NCBI RefSeq assembly: GCF_001465295.1 | Contig: NZ_CP011034.1 | Coordinates: forward strand, 2,790,001-2,822,000 | Direction: 5' to 3' | Length of the DNA stretch: 32,000 bases | Source: Pseudoalteromonas translucida KMM 520 | GTDB lineage: Bacteria; Pseudomonadota; Gammaproteobacteria; Enterobacterales; Alteromonadaceae | Shown: in pieces, positions 8,738 to 18,267 of the stretch | Position numbering within the stretch: position 1 is the first letter of the stretch | How the letters are laid out: each line of letters starts with the position of its first letter | The notes under the pieces: model-generated | Databases searched by the model: none | Told to the model about the DNA's origin: nothing | Seen by the model: the letters and a program-made list of their open reading frames with translations, nothing else | Translations under genes and position numbers: made by a program

Positions 8738-9892
8738 ATGAAAACTAATACAAAGCAAGTGACACACATTTGTTTAATTGGAGAAGATCCAACAGCTAAT
8801 CTCACGCCCATTATTGATAAAGATATCCCTAGTGATAGAGTCATCATTGCTCATGAGAAGCATCAACAAGAGCAAGTTGAACAACTTAAAAAAGTGATTC
8901 AAACCAGAGGTTATAAAGTTGATAAATGGTTATTACCAACAACATTTAATACTGAAGAAATTAAATTAAATTTCATGCAACTATTTGAACAAGAGAACAC
9001 TCACCCAAGTGATACTTGGCTAAATGCGAGCAATGGTTCTCGCTATCAAATACTGGCCGCATATGAGGTCGCAAGAGCGTATGATTCCAAAATTTATATT
9101 GTTGAACCAAAATACGATGCACTATGTTGGCTCTCACCTGAAAATAGAGAAATGACACCCGTTGCTGATAAAATTAAATTACATGAATTCCTTTCTGTTA
9201 ATGGCTTTACTTTAACATCACAACAAAATAAGAATGGAGTATCTCTCGACCTAAGAGCAATAGGCGAAAACTGGCTAAAGCAAGCAGATAAACTACAAAC
9301 AGGACTAGCTAAACTTAATTACCTTGCACAATTTACCCATGGCGATACTTTTATAGGCAAGGAGCAAGATATTGCAATGCTAAATGATGAATCATTACAG
9401 TGGTTACTTAATGATTTAGAAATTTTAGATCTAATTAAAGTTGATGGTAAATCTGTACACTTTCAAAATGAAAAAACGCGTTTTTTTGCTAACGGTGGTT
9501 GGCTTGAAGAAATCACATTTAGCTATATCCGTAGTTTAAGTAGTGAAATACCTGAGCTACAAGATAATGGCCATAGTGTTGAAATTGAACGTTCAATCAA
9601 TGGAAAAACAATTAAAAATGAATTAGATGTTGTTGCGCTAGTAAACAACAAGCTTCATGTTATTGAATGTAAAACTAAAAAATTTAAAAATGGAGAAGGC
9701 TCCAACATGCTATATAAAATAGACTCGCTAGCTGAACGTTTAGGGGGATTAAAATGCAAGGCAGCCCTTGTCACTTTTTTTCCATTAAACAAAAGTGAAC
9801 TAGCAAGGGCAAACGAGCTTAATATCGAAATTTTTGTCGGAACAAGCTTGAAGCTTTTAAAGAACAACATCAAAAACTGGCTACAAAAATAA
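8738..9892 (+). CDS. CARF-domain plus PD-(D/E)xK nuclease, Card1/Can2-like (DUF1887-type) putative cyclic-oligonucleotide-activated effector
   Basis: The N-terminal Rossmann-like region begins VTHICLIGEDP and carries the CARF signature (D/N)x(S/T)xxx(R/K) as N96-A-S-N-G-S-R102. The C-terminal region has GGWLEE (253-258) then ELD297...VIE310-C-K312, which is a PD-(D/E)xK motif. Confidence 0.65.
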   Translation: MKTNTKQVTHICLIGEDPTANLTPIIDKDIPSDRVIIAHEKHQQEQVEQLKKVIQTRGYKVDKWLLPTTFNTEEIKLNFMQLFEQENTHPSDTWLNASNGSRYQILAAYEVARAYDSKIYIVEPKYDALCWLSPENREMTPVADKIKLHEFLSVNGFTLTSQQNKNGVSLDLRAIGENWLKQADKLQTGLAKLNYLAQFTHGDTFIGKEQDIAMLNDESLQWLLNDLEILDLIKVDGKSVHFQNEKTRFFANGGWLEEITFSYIRSLSSEIPELQDNGHSVEIERSINGKTIKNELDVVALVNNKLHVIECKTKKFKNGEGSNMLYKIDSLAERLGGLKCKAALVTFFPLNKSELARANELNIEIFVGTSLKLLKNNIKNWLQK

Positions 9893-9944
9893 AGCTAGAT
9901 AGTCCCCCTAAAAATAGGTTTATTTATATAAGGACTGTAGTAAC

Positions 9945-12900
9945 TTAGACTTTTTCCTCAGTTCCATATATAGAGGCTGGTAAATCAAATATTTTATTAA
10001 ACATAGATAAAAATGTTCTATTTTTCCTTGGGTCACTATCAAATAATTTTGAATTACAAAAGATTACCTCATCATTCTCACCAAAAAATATATCTAAGTC
10101 TGAGTATGCATCGTTTGTAAATTGAATTATCTCTCGTTGTTCAAAATATCTAATATCTATATCTTCTACAATCTTTGACTTTTCAAATATTGTTATTCGT
10201 CTCAAGTAAACATTATTCTGCAATTCCTTAACTAATGTCCCATTATTTGATAATAATAAAGACTTATTTATTGCTGAAGAGCGCATCACGGCCCAACTAT
10301 TTGAAGCTCCTAACCATAAATCACCATCCCATTCAATCTTCTGGTCTTCATGCACAGTATCGATACGTGATGAGCGAGGATTGGTATCTTTCCAATTTTT
10401 AGACGTTGGAAAAAACAAATGCATACAGTCCCCAATATAATGTGCACCTCTAGCTGTAGCTTTTCTTATTTTTGGGGATTGATTGCGATCATATAAGATG
10501 CTGACTAATAAGAACCTACCTTTCCAGTAGTCTCTAAAATTAGGGCTGCCATCTTCAGAGGTAACTGCATTATACAATTGTATTGGTAACAAATTATTAG
10601 CAATTTTCACTTCTAAATTTGAATTTGGAATAAATAATTTCACACCTGAACTATCAACTTCAGTTACTTGAACTACAACAAAGTCTCCTGTAACGCATGA
10701 GCTATTATCTAAATTGAATAAAGATAGCACTTGCAGTATTTCTTGAAAAATTTCATCATCTCCTTCAAAAACATTAAGACTAAATTTCTCAACCGCGTTA
10801 CGGATTAAATCATTTTGAGAATCTAACACTTCCCTTTTATTTTGGTTTGATAATATTTTATTATTTAAGTTTTCAATTACTTCAAGAATATACTTTCTTT
10901 TAATTTTATTTGATATTTCGGTACAAAGGTGGGATTTAGGTACACTTTTACAAAATGCTAGACCACTAAACAGAACTCGAATTTTTCGATGGGATTTTAA
11001 TTTATCATTTATATTTTGAGTATCAATATATGAAATTATAGACAATAAGTAATTTGAAAATAGTAAGTAAACTTCATCACTAATGCTTGTATTAGCCAAC
11101 TCCTTAACATACTTAGCCATATTAGTAAGAGTTATGAGACAAGTTGGCCATTTAAGTTCAGCTAAAGGCATTTCTTTAATTATTATGACAATATTATTGA
11201 CCTCACTAGGGTCTATTTCTTGAATCACATCCAGTGTAGAAATCACTTTATTAAACTCTCCATCTCCAAGATAGTTTATGAATCTTCCTGTAAGTTTAAG
11301 AGAACTCCTCCACTCCTCAATTAAATTGCTATCACTTAAATTAAAGTGATTAGACCTTATATTTAAAATCCAATAGGTAAGAGTTCTTGCTTTATACCAA
11401 GCTATAACTCCATTAAATTCATTATCATCTGCTATATTTTTTTTTGACAATAAATCAAGGAAAGGCTGAAGAATCTCGCCCTCACACTTTTGAATGGTTA
11501 TTGTATTTGGCGCGACTTGAAAATTCTTGGACGCAAGTGAGCTAGATAGCTTTCTTAGCACCTTTGCAACTTGAATATACTCTTTAGTATCAGAGAATTG
11601 ATACGAATTGAGAGTTTGTAATAAACTGTGCCATTTAATGTTTAACTCTTCTAAATCAATAAGGTTCCTATTTGAATATAGTCTAGATAATTCATGAAAT
11701 ACGATGGAGTGTAGCTCTATTTTTTCATTTTTATCTATAGTGACAATACGATTAGATTGAGTATTGTCACTTATAACATTCCACTTTTGTAATCTATCGT
11801 TTAAAGAGGTAACACTATTAAAGACTTCAACTATTAGGCTTAAGTTTAAAGGCACATTTTTGTTATGCGGTATATCTGAAAACAGTCCTAATTCATCATT
11901 GTAAGAATATGCATATCGGTATTTATTTATTTCTGTCTTTAATCGTGAACGAATATCAGATAAAGCGGCTCTAACTTTTAAATCAATATACCTAATGTTA
12001 CCAAAAACAGAAAAGTATTCGACTATATTGGCAAGCCCACGTATCAATTCATTTAAATTATCAGCTCCAACCATATCTCTTATATAAGTAGGTTTCTCAT
12101 TTGTCTGCCTTATAAAAAACAGTAAAAAAATTTCAAAGGACTTCTTGTTAATACTATCGAATTCCAAGCATTCATTTTTATCTAAAAGCTTTGTTTTATT
12201 AATCCAATTTAATAATCCAGTAATTTCACTAACTGACCAATATCCAACATCAAATTCTCTAAGATAAGCTGCACTTTTAAAACAATCTAAAGCTAGTGAA
12301 ATATTTCTCATAAATAAATGACTATTGCTTTCATTATTCTCACATGTCGACAATATCGGTTTTACATGCCTATATATTACTTCTAGATCATTCCGTATAA
12401 TTTTGTATAAATCATCTGATTCAGATACTAAAGATTTAACATGATCTTTTAATACTAAATAACGCTCCTGGTGTTCATCTGTTATGACATAAAGCATCGT
12501 CCCTCGTTTCGCTAGTTTTTCAAAAGGCTCTACCCTCTCTTCATCAAGGTAATACCACTCAGATTCAGATATCTTATCAAAACAAGCTAATATATATATT
12601 GATTGTTTAACCTTCCGTTCATCCCCCATGCCTATAAATAATCGTTCACAGGCTCCATTGTATTTTTTTATTTTTTCTGTAACATATTTTTCTATCAGCT
12701 CTTTTTGATTACTTGCATTAGTGTTTATAACTTCAGGAATACTTAATAACTCTTCAAACGATCTATTCTTAAATAAATTTAAAAGAAACCAACATCTCTC
12801 TCTAGTAGAGTTTGGCAACCTCATTATTTTTCCATTTGGTCCGTTACATAAGAAACTGGCTATTTTCTTTATTTGGACCTGTTTAAATGAATCTCTATTA

Positions 12901-13087
12901 GTAATTTTAAAGTCTACAACTTTAGACTTCAGAAATTTTTTTATTTCTAATAATGCGCTATCTGAATTAAGTGAATTATTTTGTTCCCACTCATGAATTA
13001 CATTAGCCACAAACCCTATTGATTCTAACTCTTCCAAACTCCCTATTTCAAATGGTCGTTTCAAACCTGCGAGAATATATTCGGGTT
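9945..13087 (-). CDS. Large ORFan protein (over 1000 aa), 5' end abutting or disrupted by the IS; unknown function
   Basis: A 3.1-kb uninterrupted ORF in AT-rich DNA, which is unlikely by chance. The first 8 codons of the tracked ORF (GTG at 13112, MAKITVPL) are encoded by the IS left inverted repeat, so the native start is unknown. No Walker A, DDE or other motif was seen by eye. Confidence 0.6.
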
Positions 13088-13163
13088 GTAGTGGTACAGT
13101 GATTTTGGCCACCCATTAAGAAAGAAATGTTATGCTAATAAGCATACAAATTTGGGTGAAAAA

Positions 13164-14344
<1,181 letters not shown>

Positions 14345-14347
14345 CCA

Positions 14348-15154
14348 CTACAAAAGGAATAGTTTTTGAGACAAATCGAGTTTTAATATGCGGTGTAAAG
14401 CAACATGCTTGAATATGGTTTGACTACGTTTAAAGTCTAATGACATTACTTTGCCAGTATTTAAGATGTGCTTTTTCAATGATGCGAAAGGATTTCCTAC
14501 CCAGAAATCTTCAAATATTTCAACAAACTCAAGTTTTTCACTATCTGAAACAATGGCAGTAGCCTCAGTAGTAAACCAATCTATATTCCAAGCAAGTTCT
14601 TTGGTGGCATCTTGCTCAGTAATTACAGAATAATCGCCAACATGCTCTTCACTGTAAACTTGTTCTATATGAAATTTTTGCCAAACTCGATAGTGTTTTT
14701 CCTGTTGGCTGCCATCTTCATCGACTACCCATATTTGATCCGAATACTTAAATGAATAAGTTGATTTCGTAACTTCTCCAGTACTAAAATCAACTGTATG
14801 AGCAACCAAGTCGCTCGACATAACATGAGCAGTATTAGTCTCCCAATTTCGAGGGTGGATGTAGCCAAGCTCTTCCGCTATTGCTAGATTTTCGTTAAGG
14901 TCTAATGGTACTTGCTCATCAATTTGAATAGTTTCAGGACGCCACATCAATATTTTATACGCTCGCCTTTCACCATCACTGAGCAAATGAACTTTTCGTT
15001 TTTGTTTAGGACATTTATGTAAGTGACGTCTACCTACCTTGTTAACCTGTTTAACAGTGACCCAAGGAATATGAATATCCTCGCTAGCAGCAAGTGCTTC
15101 GTTCCACTTTTCAATTTTTGCTATAACTTCTTCGGTAATTACTGGCTGTTTCAT
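14348..15154 (-). CDS. tnsA: Tn7-type transposition protein TnsA (endonuclease); the 3' end runs into the IS
   Basis: Collinear with Tn7 TnsA as I remember it: IHIPWVTVKQV..GRRH......KVHLLSDGERRAY...IDEQVPL...IAEELGYIHP...VMSSDLV...YSFKYS, versus DYIPWLTVQEV..GRSH...RVHHLLSDLELAVF..IREQFPL..IAIDSGIKHP..VMSTDFLV..IQVKP. The catalytic E/D/K equivalents are present (E66, D119, K140 in ORF-track numbering). The final Leu codon and the TAG stop are supplied by the IS right end. Confidence 0.8.
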   Translation of the reverse strand: MKQPVITEEVIAKIEKWNEALAASEDIHIPWVTVKQVNKVGRRHLHKCPKQKRKVHLLSDGERRAYKILMWRPETIQIDEQVPLDLNENLAIAEELGYIHPRNWETNTAHVMSSDLVAHTVDFSTGEVTKSTYSFKYSDQIWVVDEDGSQQEKHYRVWQKFHIEQVYSEEHVGDYSVITEQDATKELAWNIDWFTTEATAIVSDSEKLEFVEIFEDFWVGNPFASLKKHILNTGKVMSLDFKRSQTIFKHVALHRILKLDLSQKLFLL

Positions 15155-15155
15155 C

Positions 15156-15515
15156 TTAATCACCAATGATTGAGCGTAATAAAGTGAGTGGAAGTCGGGA
15201 AGCTTGTTTCGGTGTGAGTTTAGGATCGAAACGAGCTTGTATAGATAAATGGTGCAACAATGATAGGATTTTTATTAGTGCGGGATACTTTGTAGCGCTT
15301 GCTGGGATGACTATATACCCCACATTGTTGATGTGAACTAATGTCTCAAGCTTATTAGCTAATACTGATATTCCCCCTCTGCTAGCCAATTTCGGTATTG
15401 ATATGTACTTTACAACTAAGCAGTGAGAGTTTAATGCGTCAATGCAAAACCCTTTGATGGTTGAAAACGACTCAGCTTTCAGTTTTAAATTTATCTTACG
15501 TTGATTTGATTTCAT
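15156..15515 (-). CDS. Hypothetical 119-aa protein, translationally coupled to tnsA
   Basis: Its TAA stop (15156-15158) is separated by 1 nt from the tnsA ATG (15152-15154). No recognisable motif. Confidence 0.5.
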   Translation of the reverse strand: MKSNQRKINLKLKAESFSTIKGFCIDALNSHCLVVKYISIPKLASRGGISVLANKLETLVHINNVGYIVIPASATKYPALIKILSLLHHLSIQARFDPKLTPKQASRLPLTLLRSIIGD

Positions 15516-15914
15516 TTTAACCTAGCTAATTTAGAGTTCATTAAAAAATTATTAGCTATAAAAATTAAAAAATCAAGAACGCTCTAGAGGCAAACCACTG
15601 ATTTAAAAGGAATTAATGCACATTAAAATATATAGATATTATAATATTTATTAATTTTTAGAATTGGAACTCATTGATATTTAGGGCAGTTTTATTCAAA
15701 TATTTTTGGAGATATTTTAAGGTAAATTATTGTTACTATGCTGGAGTGGTCTTTTTGAGCTTTGAAAATAAATTTAATTATTTTTGTTTTTTAGGAAGAA
15801 AACATAAGAAACGGCTAAATTCTCCTATTTTCGTGATGATAAATCTGATTTTTAGAGTTAGTTCGTAGTTGAGTACTTTTCTACCATTAAGTACGAACTA
15901 CTATACAATCTGAT

Positions 15915-16838
15915 TTATTTCCTTTTACTTAGATAGTTAGATAAATCAAACTTCTTTCTAGGGTCAATAGTATATATGTTGGTATCTGGCCAAAGTTCTT
16001 TTGCTGCATTTATATTGGGAAAGGGATCAATTAAAAAAATACGAGTTATGTTCTTACCTTTTATTTTTAAGAATTCAAGCAAGGCTTTATCATATTGATT
16101 AAAAGCAAACCCAAATAAAATTAAACTTTTGCTATCTAACAGTATTTCCCCACCAAGAGACCAGACGTCTTCAAGTTCAGTTGGTGGTGTTTTTTCTGGA
16201 ACTGGTGGAATAATTAAAGATTTACCAGCTCGACCAGGCTTTCCGCTTGTATATTTAATGTCTCTTTCCCAAGAAAGAGACCCGTGCAATTTAGCTAATG
16301 GAATTTTACCTGTTACGTGAACATGTGCGTTTTGCCATGGAAATTGGGGGTTTAACCCTCTTCCATACAGTTGCTCGCCAACGACCCCATAATTAAAGCC
16401 TGAAGTACCTAAAGCACACTCCACTAATGTATCGTAATTACAAGTAATAATCCCTTTTAAGCCGTATTGGTTTAATGACAATAAAAACTGATTTAGTTTA
16501 ATTATTTTATCGTTTTCTCTTACCGCTCTCTCATCAAACATAGCGGAAGTATATGAGCCACTAATTCTTGTCATGAATGGCTCTGTAAGCCTTCTATTAA
16601 CATACCAAATAACTCTGCTTCGCCTATGGGAAGATTTATTCATACACCAATAAATAAAACGTTCAGGGGAGTTGTCTAAGTTATCTTTTAGCCAATTAAC
16701 CCAATCAGACTTCAGTAGCTCTAGCTTCCTTTGCTCAGAGTTATTTATAGTGTTGATATTAAAATCGAAAAGCTGATTTACCAATGGTAGTTCAAATGCC
16801 CATTTAGAAAATCCAGCTCCTAGAAATAAAGCTGTCAT
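15915..16838 (-). CDS. SIR2-like (SIR2_2-type) predicted NAD+-binding or NAD+-hydrolysing protein
   Basis: The N-terminal LFLGAGFS glycine motif, IITCN134YDTLVE and LAKLH185GSLSW match the defence-type SIR2 signature (Asn/His catalytic pair as in ThsA/DSR). 307 aa, with no fused sensor domain. Confidence 0.7.
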   Translation of the reverse strand: MTALFLGAGFSKWAFELPLVNQLFDFNINTINNSEQRKLELLKSDWVNWLKDNLDNSPERFIYWCMNKSSHRRSRVIWYVNRRLTEPFMTRISGSYTSAMFDERAVRENDKIIKLNQFLLSLNQYGLKGIITCNYDTLVECALGTSGFNYGVVGEQLYGRGLNPQFPWQNAHVHVTGKIPLAKLHGSLSWERDIKYTSGKPGRAGKSLIIPPVPEKTPPTELEDVWSLGGEILLDSKSLILFGFAFNQYDKALLEFLKIKGKNITRIFLIDPFPNINAAKELWPDTNIYTIDPRKKFDLSNYLSKRK

Positions 16839-18031
16839 TTATTTTTCTTCATGTTATTAGGTAACGCTTTTTGTAACCAATTTGGCTGCTTTAACCTTTC
16901 AATAAACCATTCAATGAAAGCAACTGAATATCTTGGTCTATCAGTTAAATCAAAATATTCTGCTTTATTCTTTATTTTGTGTTTTTTAACAACAGCTCTA
17001 AAAGAATAATTATTAATAATGCAGTCTGCTTGTCTCTCGTTGATTTCTTTTATTGCAGTAGTTTCATAAAAAGGATGCGTAATCTTTAAGTTCTTCGGAC
17101 GATCAACAAAAACAGTATGTTTACCATCAGGACCAGTGCCAAAAGTCAAATCTTCAGATCCTGGTTTTTTAGTAAGTGCCAACTTATACTCAATATGAAT
17201 AGCAAAACGATTAGAGTTATGTTTTTGTTCAAGTTTTTTGAATTTTTTTAAAAATTCATTTACTTGGCTGGCTGTTTTCTTTCCGTACTCTTCTTTAACC
17301 AATGCAATGTCTGGTTCTGGGCCATCAATAACCAAACTCAACATCCCTACGTTTTGATCTGCCAATGGAGCATAACCTTCTTGATGAGCAAACTCTTCTT
17401 GATAAAGCAAAACAGTGGTTTGAAATAGCCTAGATAACTGGGGCTGAATCTCAGGTAATAGAAGATGAATAGCATCATTTCTTAAAGATATTAGCTGATT
17501 TAAATTATCTTTATCTGCACTATCATTTGGATATTTAAAATTAACAGCTTCGCTTAAAGGTATGCTTTTGCCATCTTGGTCTATTAATGAGTCAAACCCC
17601 TTAGCTTTCAAAATTTGTGATTTTAATAAAAGCTCCCAAGCATTAGTCATCATAATGGCGAATGCTTCGACCCTATTTTCCAAACTTGGTCTGTTGTATA
17701 CCTCTAAAGCAACAGTAAATGCATTCAAACTTCTCTTGATAAGTTTGTAATACAGTTTTTCGTCATCTGTTAATATTTTAGCTTGTGTACTTTGCGAGGT
17801 AATCCTAATAAAATCATTATCACTAATAGCCAATAGACCTTTGCAATACCAATTTGGTCTTTTGTCTTGAAAAATATATTTACCTTTTAAGCTCTCACTT
17901 ACCAATTTTTGAATGTAATTGACTTTATTGCCAGTTGCTAGCGCTGCTTCAGCATATGTAAAAGAAAGTTTTTTTCTTTCTTTATCCCGAAAGAAGCTTA
18001 AAACTATAATTCGCTTATCTTGCTTTACCAT
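16835..18031 (-). CDS. DUF3644-like protein (N-terminal helical domain) with an uncharacterised C-terminal half
   Basis: The motif FTVALEVYNRPSLENRVEAFAIMMTNAWELLLKS is what I associate with DUF3644 (from memory). AAGGA Shine-Dalgarno about 9 nt upstream. The stop overlaps the SIR2 start (ATGA at 16835-16838). Confidence 0.6.
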   Translation of the reverse strand: MVKQDKRIIVLSFFRDKERKKLSFTYAEAALATGNKVNYIQKLVSESLKGKYIFQDKRPNWYCKGLLAISDNDFIRITSQSTQAKILTDDEKLYYKLIKRSLNAFTVALEVYNRPSLENRVEAFAIMMTNAWELLLKSQILKAKGFDSLIDQDGKSIPLSEAVNFKYPNDSADKDNLNQLISLRNDAIHLLLPEIQPQLSRLFQTTVLLYQEEFAHQEGYAPLADQNVGMLSLVIDGPEPDIALVKEEYGKKTASQVNEFLKKFKKLEQKHNSNRFAIHIEYKLALTKKPGSEDLTFGTGPDGKHTVFVDRPKNLKITHPFYETTAIKEINERQADCIINNYSFRAVVKKHKIKNKAEYFDLTDRPRYSVAFIEWFIERLKQPNWLQKALPNNMKKNK

Positions 18032-18095
18032 GAGTCTCTATCCTTGAGCATAAATGCTGGTATATGAGGAACTTCAAATTTGAGTAATACTTAAG

Positions 18096-18125
18096 ATTAT
18101 AAAGTTAAAACAATCTTACAAACAA
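18096..18125 (-). promoter_or_regulatory. Candidate sigma70 promoter for the DUF3644-SIR2 operon
   Basis: On the minus strand: TTGTTT (18125-18120), an 18-nt spacer, then a perfect TATAAT (18101-18096), about 65 nt upstream of the ATG at 18031. Confidence 0.3.
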
Positions 18126-18153
18126 CGTTAAAGAAAAAACTTTATATCAGATA

Positions 18154-18184
18154 CAAAAAAGGTGAGCATTTAGCTCACCTTTTA
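18154..18184 (-). terminator. Rho-independent terminator just inside the Tn7R-like end
   Basis: The minus strand reads aaaaggtgagc-taaat-gctcacctttt followed by tttg. It is placed to stop read-through from gcvP into the element. Confidence 0.55.
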
Positions 18185-18195
18185 GTCAATTCTGA

Positions 18196-18260
18196 GTCAC
18201 AAACTTAATTCAATTCACAAGCTCTATTGCAAGAGTCACAAACTTAATTGAAAGTTGACA
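18196..18260 (-). repeat. Tn7R-like end: terminal TGTCA plus three closely packed putative transposase-binding repeats
   Basis: gTCACAAACTTAATT occurs at 18196-18210 and 18235-18249. A degenerate copy, tTCACAAGCTCTATT, lies at 18214-18228. All are inverted relative to the left-end repeats, and the terminus ...GTTGACA ends at 18260. Confidence 0.7.
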
Positions 18261-18265
18261 TCTGC
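18261..18265. repeat. Target-site duplication, right copy (TCTGC)
   Basis: It directly abuts the element terminus. The gcvP stop codon (18268-18270) is 2 bp further on. Confidence 0.75.
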
Positions 18266-18267
18266 TC

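Noticed and set aside
9945-13112. The 1055-aa ORF as the missing TnsB (or a TnsB/TnsC fusion), because it follows tnsA on the same strand.
   Set aside because: It has no resemblance to TnsB as I remember it: no DDE-type motifs, no Walker A, and composition and motif content quite unlike Mu/Tn7 transposases. Its apparent start is IS sequence.
13088-13112. GTG start at 13112 for the large ORF.
   Set aside because: These 25 nt are the IS left inverted repeat. The open frame continuing into it is fortuitous.
15674-15868. 64-aa ORF in the AT-rich spacer between the SIR2 gene and the 119-aa ORF.
   Set aside because: It has a TTG-type start, no Shine-Dalgarno and a Phe/Tyr/Asn-rich translation typical of random AT-rich sequence. 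It is more likely a promoter or terminator region.
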